From: Antedon mediterranea
Taxonomy: Eukaryota > Animalia > Echinodermata
DNA: 64,000 nt
Assembly (NCBI RefSeq): GCF_964355755.1
Contig: NC_092680.1
Location: 3,658,001 to 3,722,000, forward strand
Direction: 5' to 3'
Part shown: one piece after another, positions 39,701-51,700 of the stretch
Layout: each line of letters starts with the position of its first letter
How positions within the stretch are numbered: position 1 is the first letter of the stretch
The notes under the pieces: model-generated
Database searches by the model: none
What the model saw: only the letters and a program-made list of their open reading frames with translations
What the model was told of the DNA's origin: nothing
Position numbers and translations under genes: made by a program

Positions 39701-42700
39701 CAGTACTTGTTCAAAAGTTTTGGAAATAAATTGCTTAAAAATGTTGTAAATAACTTGTTAAATTCATAAAGTACCAACTCAAGTCATAAACATCAACAAA
39801 TACTGTAAATAATTAATGATGCACAAAACCATATTTTGTCAAAATAAGGGTCTGTTTCTGCTGAAAAAATCAAAATAATCGATTTTTTCCAGTCACCGCA
39901 AACCACAAAAATAATCGCGTTGCAATTGAAAATTGCTACGACTTTAATCGGTTATTCAGGTAATCGGTTTTTAAAATCACGTCATCATTCCCCCACAGCG
40001 GAGTTCAAGTTATGAAAGGCCGATGAGAGTTGGTTTGTTTTAACATCGTATCGCTGCCTAAAACTCTCACATGTAGGATTAAAAAAATTACTCTTACGTA
40101 AAGCTATATTATTTGTAAAATAAACATCTAGGCCTACTACCGTACCACATACAACAGAATAATGATGTTATATTAATAAGGACACGTCGGCGAAAAAAGT
40201 TCGTTTCGCCGTTCGTTGGCCTATAGGCTATATATTTCTACCGAAACAAGTCAACAGACAACAGGCCTAAAAAATGACATGTAAAACATCGTTAGCCTGG
40301 ACTGGTGGTATGTAACGGGTGTACTTGTAACACAGAATCCTGGAGTCTTTCGGTATAATTCTCCCCCACAAAATAATACAAATCAAATGTTTAACATTTG
40401 ATTGTTATTCGGTATACTGTACATCGCGATCGTGGTTTTGCTGATCGTCGTCGATATCGCGCAAAACAGCATGCTTTGTTACGTGAATAAGTTTGTCATA
40501 CTCTAGAGGTCAAAGTGAGGTCAATAATCGCTATTTGTGTTGCAGCTCAAAACTGCTCCGCAATAATCGGTTAAAACAAGAAATAATCGATTAAAACACG
40601 CAATGGATTGAGTGTTTTTAATCGGTTATTTTTAATCGGTTATTTTATTTTGCGCCGTTTCTGCTGCCCAAAAATAATCGATTAAAAAAATAAACGGTTA
40701 ATAATCGATTATTTCTGCTCAGCAGAAACAGGCCCTAATAGACATCTTAATAATATTGATAGTAATTATACACATTCCTGACAGTCTTTTCTTTAGCAGT
40801 TGTTTAATTCACAAGTTTCATAAAATGATAGTAAAGTCCGGTTTGTGGTACTGTCTTAAAATTGAAATTTAATACATAAAGCTTAAAATTCTTCTTTCGG
40901 TTGTTTTAGCGCTGTTAGTAACTCTACAAGACATGTCATGTCATGTCATGTCATGTCAAGACATGTCAGATGTTTAATACTGTACAAATTTAGCTTAAGT
41001 TAGGGGGTGGGATACATGAGCATGGGCCTACTCATTTATATCAGTATGGTATACTGTATTTTACAATGGCAACAGGTTTTTAGCAAAAGGCACTAACTTT
41101 TATTGTGTGGCGGGTAATGCTTGCTTCCCACTAGAGACGGAACGCAAAGACTTAAGTGGTTTCACCAATCACCAGCAATGGATTTATCGAACTGTTGCTT
41201 GTAATTGGTTAATGCACTTGTCAATTGTATGACCCACTATACGACCCCCGGGAGAGGTGCGTCATGGGTGCGTCATTTACAAATAATTACTGACGCAGGG
41301 GTGCGTCAAGAAACCTAGATGGTACGTCACATCAATGGACAAGGTGTGTCAATGTCCGTCACTTTACCACCCACCATATCATAAACAACATGGTAACAGT
41401 GCGTCAAAATGGGTGCGTCATGGTCACCTAAGGTAAGTCACATTTTTGACGCACGGGTGCGTCATGGTATTCAATGGTATGACGCACATCGGACAAATGA
41501 CGCACCTCTCCCGGGGGTCGTATAGTGGGTCATACAATTGACAAGTGCATAACTCACTTACGTTGCAAATAAATCATTGTGTTGCGTCTCTAGTGGGAAC
41601 CAAGCTTAAATGCTGTTACACTACAATATCAATGAACTCCTCATGTATATTGGCAGAACAAGAACATAATAGGCCTAGGCCTAGTCACATACATAAAACA
41701 TTTTGGCAAGGTCTGTCAACATCATCATCAGTATCCTGTCGCCAGCCTAGGCCTATTTAGATTTTCAAAAACAAAACCTTAAAAACTTTGTGACATTTGT
41801 CATAGAATTGAGCACGAAACTTGTTAATGTTATTTGTATATTCTGATTGATACTTAGTCACACAATGTCGGTACAACCAAGAAGATGTCTCGGTCCTCCT
41901 TGTACCTGTTAAAATCTCACCGCCGGAAACAACTACAAATTCTGTAGCCTAGGCATTCCCAGACGACGAGCAAAGGCAAGGCTGCTCGACACAAAATAAT
42001 GGCGAGGATGCCTAGCCTGCAGCCTAGACTTACCGCTTCAGTTTTTTCCGTTTCTTCTGTTAACTTCCGTGACAAATCATCTACTTTTGTTTGGAGTGCT
42101 TCATTTTCATTTTTAAGGCTGGAAATCTTCTTTTTAATATTTTCCATGGTATCCAAGATCAAAACAATCAAATTAACCTTTTCACGCCCGTTCGTCGATA
42201 CACCGATACGATAGCTAGCCGCAGAGAGACCCCAAGTACTCAACTCACACACCAGCTAACAAGCTTACTTGCTGCTGTAGCGGTACAAACAAGTACGCGT
42301 ACGGAAAGAGTTCAGAAATACAATAATATTCAACAACAACAGGTTTCCTTGAACAACCACACGTATAAATTTACAAGATATATGCAATCTACACAATTTT
42401 TTAAAATGTTATCAGGTGAAACATATGTATCACAAATAGATATATAAAATTCTAGCGTATTAATTCTTGACAGCCAATGTAACTCTTTCTATGCTACTAT
42501 ATCACACACAGTGTGTACTTATTCACCTACAGTATTATAAAGTGGGTTGGGCTGGTTACGGAAGTATACGATCACGTGATGAGGTGGGGTTCACCAGCTA
42601 CCTGTTAGCATGTGTCATACGAGAGGCCTATACAGTATTATTATATATATATATTTTTTCTTTAAAAATCTTGTATTTTGCTAATTTGATAATTTAAAAC

Positions 42701-45700
42701 AAGCACATAAAAATATTTTAAAATGAAAACGAGGCAGTAGGCCAAATCTGACTGCAGCAACTTAACACATTGCAAAAAATTCTCTAGAAAAAAATGCTGA
42801 GATACTGTTGATAATGAACAAAAGTTAGTGGTCGGACCCAACCTCTGCCCCGGGGATCTCCCTCTCTATAAACTCCATTTATGACGTTTGAGAGGATGTA
42901 AATTAGATATATTAATTTGAGAAGACGGTCTTTGTACTACTCACAGTAAGAAGGTTTAGCCTACCTGTTTTCATAAGTGTAGGTCTATAAATTATATTTA
43001 ATACATAACAACATATTGTCCATCATAGTAAAGATAAATATAATAAGGTTTACATTGTTTAGTCTCATACTACGAAAGTTATAACCTCTAAGTCTTTAAG
43101 TAACTTTCAATGTCAAAGTTCAACAGTTCCAGGTAGCGGTGAGCGAGAACGATCAATGGAATAGCTGAGACAATCAGTCATTTCACATTCCTATCGTATT
43201 ATTCCATATTAGGAGTTGTGACGTCAATTGCAAGCTCCGATGATTCTCTATCAAACTTTGGTTTTTGGAGGGTTTGAGAATGGATAATCAAGATAAAATT
43301 GTACTGTGGTACAAAATATGTGCCAGACTAGTTGTGGAATTTATAATTGTGGTTAAAAATAATGTTGAGCTTTTTTTTCTGGGCAGACGATTTGCAACTT
43401 GGTTTTCCGGTTATTTCCGGTATTGTTTTACTAGGTCTAACCACGTCACGGAAATGCGAATATTGATCTCTCTATCTCTGTGTTCTCCGCCGCTTTGCTA
43501 CAAACCAACTTTTCTAAATTAGACCTGTCTTATAGTTTTATTATCTAAAACAGCAGTAGTTCAAAATGGATGATTTTATTATTTTCCACATCAACTCAAC
43601 GCACTAGGTTTGATTTGAGAAAATTTAATAAAACGATGTTACTAATTTCAGGGAGAACGTGCCTATTTTCAATTAAATATGATCTAGATACAATATCGTT
43701 TTAAAATACCAATAAGACAACTACCATATATTGAAAATTACAGAATGTTTACGATAGAAATAAGAATTTAGTGTACTGTAACTGTAGGCCTAATGATGAT
43801 GACAAAATCGTATTGTTTCTCCTGATACCGTTCGCAAAAGATTTTAATCAGACTCGCAACTTTATATATAGCGCCCTCACTAGTTTAATAATTCATAACT
43901 TTGAATGAGTTTTTTTATTGGTCTAGAAGCACACTACTTTTTACCAACTTACAGTAACTGCTCTACTCTCAGCTTTATTCGCCTCGTACTTAGCCTCGTT
44001 TAACTGAAAAGCTGCGTCTTCTAGATCCAAAACCAAGCCCCGGTTTACTGCTTGAGAGTCGGTAAGCTCTTGGCAAGTTTACATCGAAAGAACAAGGGCG
44101 GTGTAATATCATGAGTGAAGTGAACTTATTTGAAACTCAATTTAATTAAATAATTCCCGGCCGATCAAATTAATAATTCAAAACTAGGTGCACGTGTATG
44201 CAATATTGGCGCATCCCAGGGTATGCGCGCATATCAGCTATTCATAAAGCTTGGTTCCCACTATAGGACGCAACGTAAGGACGTAGTACAACGCAATTAA
44301 TTTCACCAATCAGATAACACAAGAAATGAATTATTCGAACTATGGCTTGTCATTGGTCAACTAACTTACTTCGTGATTGGGAAAATTATCATGTACGCTT
44401 ACGTTTGCGCGCGTTGCATTCAAGTAACATAAGAAGAACCAAACTTTAGCCACGTAATTGATCGATCCTTCCTGACCTAGCTCCTTTTCTTAAATTTCTG
44501 GACACCAAGCGAAGGTGAAAATTACTCGTCGGGACGTTTTCTCAATGCCTTAATAATTTTTCTCAGCATGAAATTCGAATACAATGAATACATTCACGCC
44601 GTAATTTATGACGTCATTGAATTCCAAAGCAGTCCGCATCACTCATGAAAGAAATGTTTGTTTTCCATTCACTTAGGGAGTTATATTATTATTAGTTCAG
44701 AATATCACATTTTTTATTTGAGAAAAAAAACTGATATGTCAATATATAGTATTCATATACCTATATTTAGGCGTTACATGACGTAGTCAGGCACGTGACC
44801 ATACAAAGTTATTTTGTCAAATAAAATGTTTTTGCTGTGTACCTAGCAGTTAGCAGTACTGGAATATAATTTTAGAAATAGGCTATTATTAAGTAAATAA
44901 AAAGGGCGCTATATAACCAAGAATATAAAGAAAAAGATGGAATAAAGAAACGAAAATGATAAAGAAGATATTTTTTTCTAAAATTATCAATACAGTATTC
45001 GACTGAGAGGCAAATAGGCAAATAATCAAGTAAAGACGGAATAGAAAAGCAAAAACCATGGAACAGAGAAACGGACACAAGAATAAGTACGAAGATGCAT
45101 TGAGAAGAATCGGAGCAACAATGGAGTGAAAGAAAAACGTAAAAAAAGATTCAGATCAATAATGGAGTGAAAGAAAAACGTAAAAGAAGATTCAGATCAA
45201 TAATGGAGTGAAAGGAAAACGTAAAAGAAGATTCAGAGCAACGATGGAGTGAAAGAAAAACGTAAAAGAAGATTCAGAGCAACAATGGAGTGAAAGAAAA
45301 ACGTACAATGGAGTGAAAGAAAAACGTAAAAGAAGATTCAGAGCAACAATGAAGTGAAAGAAAACGTAAAAGAAGATTCAGATCAATAATGGAGTGAAAG
45401 AAAAACGTAAAAGAAGATTCAGAGCAACGATGGAGTGGCAGAAAAACGAAAAAGAAGATGCAGAGCAAAATAATAGTGTGAAAAGCGTTTAAAAAAAATG
45501 TTATGCTGACATGTGCAATAAGAAGTTAGGATGTATGGATTTGTTGTTATAACTTTTATTATTAACTGTACAATATTGATATTGCAAAAGCAAAATTCAT
45601 TGACTATCTGTACAGTTTTGTCTACATTTAAAGTTGGTTTTAGGAAGTTTTCCCAACCTGTTTTATTACCCCTGACCAAACTGTTTCATGCATTTATTTA

Positions 45701-48700
45701 ATAAAAATTGTGTATAAAGCAGGTTGAAAGCAAAGCAAGTTATTATAAAAATAGTTAGACATGTAAATATCGTCTGCAGCAATGATTATATTTTAGTTCA
45801 AAATCTGACAAATGCTTGTATACTTCCAGTTTCCAGCTTTGATGATTGGTTTGACAATAAATAAATAAATGACATGATGATGATAAAGATGATGATGATT
45901 TTCAGATATGTATGGTAACCACTTCTATCGAGATATTCAAATTTTTCCAAAGCATGTCATGGGTGATTGTTGTAGAGTTAGAACGCAATAATTGATACTT
46001 TTAAAGTGTTATGTTATTGGTTACTGTATGTACCCGTGTAGTCATGAGGCGTCTATTAGCCAATCAAATTAAAGCAATACAGTACGTAAATAAAGGGAAA
46101 AGGTCAACCTGTGTCACCTTAGGTTACACTTGCTTCAGCTAGCTATCGTGCAAATCATGCCTACTACACTATTTATGATCATTTTGCATAAGTCGTTACC
46201 AACGATGTAATCTCAACAAGTCTAACCGTAAAAGGTACATACAGTTAGGTCACACAACGATTGTGGCCTAATTTAAGTATCTTATCCCATAGACAGAAAA
46301 CCAAACATTCACGCGAATATTATGATTTAAGACCTCATTTTTTCAAACCATTTAGTATGCAGAAAGCATCATTTGCCACATACAATAATGACACTAACCA
46401 ACATATATCTTCTCAAATCCTTATAGAGAGTAAGACATCTTACAGCAAACAATCCGCCAATTAGTAAGTCCTGGTTGTTTGTATGATGCAAATACAAACA
46501 ACATAAACTGACCAATAGAGTGGCAGTATTTGTAGACTGCAGATTTTATCAAACTGTAGCTGGCGTTTAATGTTGTAAGCTTAATTAATTATCACTTTCA
46601 ATCAGAAAGAGAACTTAAACGTAAATGAAATAAATTCTTAAGTTTTGTTTTCATTATCAATTATTAAATGAATAGTAACAGAAAAATTAACAAACAAATA
46701 AATCAGTGATGATAAATATTATAATGTTTTTAAATGATGAGTAGCACTTACGTCTGCTTGTCCTTTCTTGGTAACTTCCAATTCTGCCTCTGCGTTGGTT
46801 AATTTCTCTGTTGCTTCGTCGTGGTCTTGTTCAATCTGTTTTACCCTAGCTTGGAGCTCTTTTATTTCTTCCTGGGCCTGGAAAAAATATAACAAAATCA
46901 TGGTTAAAACATAACCTCTACTGTAACAGGTCTCAGTCAGCAAACTAATTGCTACTTCAGAAGTTCGTTACTAAAATTTACTTTTAAAACTTATTCTGTA
47001 TTTAACTACCCATATTAACTGAGGTAGTCTAGGGAGTAGCATAGTGATGATTTGTCGGCGATTCGTAATAATTATTTAAAAATAATAATTTTGGCACACA
47101 TGGCGTGTCATACAAATACTAACAACATGAAAGAGACAAACTTACAATCCACGGCTGCCGTGATTTACTAACGATCGAGAGACCCGGAAGTGAAAATCGA
47201 CTCACGAATCAATTTGACCGCAATGACCCAAATATGTACAAAGAAATTAATACTTTTTGATTCAAATTCCAGCAATCTGTTACACCGACATGCTATTGCC
47301 ATGGTAACAATAAATTACCCTCAAGTTATGTAAGGTACATGTGTAACTGAACAACGGATTATCAAACGTCCTCGTCAAAGTGTAACATTTTGTGACATTA
47401 AAAAGCATAATGAAGATGTATGTTAGTGTTCACCAAACCGAACTCATATTTTATTTGTTTGACTTTGACATTGACCTTTGACCAAGTAAAAATGTTGTTT
47501 CAAATACAGTCAACATTGCATGATCCTAAAACAACGTACCCAAACATAGTAATGATGGTTATTAAAATGTTTAGTTGCTCGGGGAAAAATCGAATACCCA
47601 TATTTTCCTGTGTAGGCCTAATATATACTATGTATAGTAAATTAGTAGAGACTACAATCATTCTAGAATAGTAGGCGGATTTTTAAAAAATAAGTGATAA
47701 AAAGAAAGGTACAAAAACGTGTTTAAAACATCGCGTCATCATAAAATACTACAACTGACTAATTATTGATTAAATATTAAATCAGTGTTGTTTTGTTTTT
47801 TAAAAAAATGATTCTAAAAATAGTTGAATTCTCCACAAGAGAAAGACAACTAGCGGAGTTGTTTTGCTAAATAGTACACATTCCTCTTGGCGTATCGTAG
47901 CGAACGTAAATGTAATTGTGTTTGATAAGTTACGGCAGGTGTGGTCGGATTCAAGCGGTTCAACTCGACACAACCGGATTAGCTGCGTCTCATATTATCG
48001 TATTTTTAGACCATCCTCGTTTGTAAAATTGCACTTATTTTTAGAGTAAAATCGACCCCGGTAACCATAATTTGACCCGAAATTGTTTTAGTAATTTATT
48101 TACGCAACGAATATTATTGGATTTGGGTTACAAACGTATTGATTGCTTTATAAACATTGGGTTTACCCTGGGAATATCGTTGCACTGTTTAATTTGGAAA
48201 CAAACTTTCTCAAAATAGAATCAAGAGCGACCGATTATCATCTTATATACCTATATTGAATTGAAAGAAGAATGTCTTTTTAGATATTATTTTATGTTAA
48301 TAACATGGAACTGTTTATAACATAATGTTATTATCTCTAGTGTAATAATTATTGAAATTTTTATAGCATTTGGTTCAGGATGGGATAATGTTTCAAATTG
48401 ATCACCGAAAAATGTTTAATCTGATAGTGATGTAGTATTCCAGGGAATACCGGTAATAATAGTCTGGGTTGCAGACGGAGTTGAACTTAATATTAGTAAA
48501 AAGATAAATATTTTGGCACATATGGCGTTTCATACGTATACTACTTGACGAGAACGTCGACTGGTGGAATGACAAAGAAATAAAGACTTTGAGCAAGTCT
48601 AATAATCTGAAAATCACGTCACATATTAAAACACCAATACATCAATAAATCTAGTCTGGGCTCCAGACGGAGTTTTGTCTTAATATTAGTAAAAATATAA

Positions 48701-51700
48701 ATATTTTTGCACATATGGCGTTTCATACGTGTATTACTTGAGTTTGGATATTTTCAGAGAAAAATCGCGGTCGAAATAAAAACAAATAAATATAAAAAAA
48801 GACAATAAATACAGACTTGGGGCAAGTCTACAATAAATCATGAGTTATATATTATCAAAACAAATTTTGACTCGCTTCAGGCGTTGCAATATTTAATACT
48901 ACTATACGACGAATGAGCGAATAATAGTAATATTATTTCCACGGACAAGTCAAGTTTGGTAGAGAACATTTTTGAAAATCTATTAAAATACTCTATTAAA
49001 GGTAAGAAATTTATTATACAGAGTATCAAGAGGCATTGCATTCCAACCCACATTTTAGAAATACTCGAAAATTATTTCTTCCAAAAACATTTAACCATAG
49101 TCAATTCAAGATTCAAGAAATGTTATTGGAATATTGGTCCACTTGAAATTCATTTTGCTTGGCATAATAAAACAATGCAACTAGTATAATACAAAAGAAC
49201 TTTATTGATTATTACTAGACTGAACATAGACCACGGTAGGCCTGTTAATTTAAATATTGGTCCCAGTGGACATCGACGCGTCTGACCTCATCAGTCTGCG
49301 AATTGAAAGGTCTAAACGGCATTATTTTTGTCAATAGTTGCGCGTGCGCGATACAGCGTTATTAAAATATGCTCGTCACACGTAACTTCTGTGTATCATG
49401 GAATTATGTTGAGGTTAGATTGAATAAAATACTCTACGTGACAGAGTTAGTATACTACTCAACTTGACATTTTGTATTTACGGAAATAAATTCGCGAGAA
49501 ATGATATTTACTGGACCATTTTTTTTTGGCGAAATATCCCTCTGAATCTTCTGAATAGGTGGCCTACATTCAATTGGCAGCTATGGCCGTTTTGTAATAT
49601 CGCCTCATCATATGTCTAAAAAATAGGTATCCTAAACACAAAATTACCATTTAATTTTCATCGGAATTTTTATCCGAGGGAGAAATATCTGAGAACAGTC
49701 AACAACACTCTCTTGTCGCGGATTGATAATGGACACAGTGCAATCTAATTTCGATCACCATGGTAACAGATGGTCTTCTTCCTGGCGTGCTTAGTGGGGA
49801 TATGGGAAGGTTTCGCCCTTAGATAAACGGGACACACAGTCGCTTTGATTGCGCTCATTAGGCCTATGAAATAACGAAAATACACAAGCCTATTGCAGGC
49901 GCACGTTATACGGCAGTTTATAAAATATCAATGATTGACTAATTAGGCCTACTGGAAAGTAAGCAAATAGTGAAATTTATTATGAGGATACAAGTTTGAA
50001 AGTTGTTGAAAATTAGCGAAATTTTATGTACGTACTCTACCTCAAAGGTTAATCACATAATAATCAATGCATTGTTTTAATTAACTTTAATACAATTTCA
50101 AATTTAGTAGGTCACGCACAACCTTCTTGTAATTCTAAGCAGTTAAAGACAAAAAATGTGTTTTCTATTCAAATCGTGTGTTTTTACTATATTTTACAAA
50201 TCTATGACAACAATTAATAATTAATTCAATTTCTATTAATAGACCGAAGTCAAAGAATATTCCAATATGTTTGTAATTAATACACTTTTTTAATGGAAGA
50301 AGACATAATAGGTAAAACCATTTTTCGATTAAACTTGATTCCGTTCATATTTGGTTGTAAAGTGCTCTAGGCTACGCCAGTCTAATATCACACTCAGCTG
50401 GTGTCCGGTGCACAAACCAACGCAACGAAGGTCGTAAGTAACTCACTAGTCTAACAACGATCTGGTTAAAATATTATTCCGAGATGGATCTAGAGATAAA
50501 ATTTTAAATCAACATTTTGGATATTTACTGAAGGATTCATGAAGTTTATTTATTCATTCTTTTTCAAATATTTGTGTTCCAAAATAGTTTATTTTTAAAT
50601 GCCTAAGATGCTTAGGATCGGTTGCCTTTATACACCTACTTTTTTTCAACAAAGTACGGTACCGGTCTATAAAAAATCAACAATATTCTTATTTCAATAT
50701 CGTAATAGCCTGTGACGTCACGTCTGTGGAAGTTATCAAATCAAAGAAAAACCAATGTATTTACCGCACTGACCGATTATTGAAGTTTCCTGTTTAAGTT
50801 CCTGAAATTAAGTCTCAAATGTGACGTAAACATTACGTAAATGCTATTTGACATTGTTGCTATCGCCTTAATGTAATGTTTGATAATATTACTAGTAATA
50901 GGTATCGTATTAAATATAACATAATCTTTTTAAAATAATTTAATTTAAATTAATAATCAAAATTGAAAACATACCGTATATGTATAATTTTAAACTGTAT
51001 CAGATGTATCTGATACGGTATGATTTCAATAAATAAATATTATATATTATGATAAATTAAATTTTAATTTTAAAATACCGAAATTAAATAAAGAATATTT
51101 GGAATCAATAGTAGATTTTAGAAAAGTATAATATTTTATTGGTGTAAAAACTGCTACAACACGGACTAAGTTGAGCATGCGCACTCAGAGGAATGTGGCG
51201 AGCATGTATGGAATGCAGTCTCTGCCTCATGGCCTTCTATGACCCCGTATGCAAATTATTTGACCTCGATATCTCTGTTTTGCATTACATTCATTTTCAT
51301 TAACTGTCAAATTATAGTAATATTCCATAGCTTTTATAGTAAATTGTGGGAACTGAATTAAAATGTTGACACAATGTTTTGATAGGCATATTATTACGCG
51401 AAAGTTAACATACAATGTAGGCCTACTGTGTTTTATCCTGCTATGAATTTCAGCTTCTTACAAAACACGATGCTTTGCCTTTTAGCCTTTAAAAATCAAG
51501 TTATCGCCATATAAACCTCATATTGCTTCTCAATATACCGGTCATTTAATAGCATAAAAACAATGATATAGAAGTAATGCGTTGATTTATTGCACCTAAT
51601 TTGGTTTCACCGACTATCGTTTGCAGCAGTTTTTAGGCTTGATTTATGGTATGGAAAATGACTAGACCTTTTAAAAGAGCAGTTTATACTGATATACACT

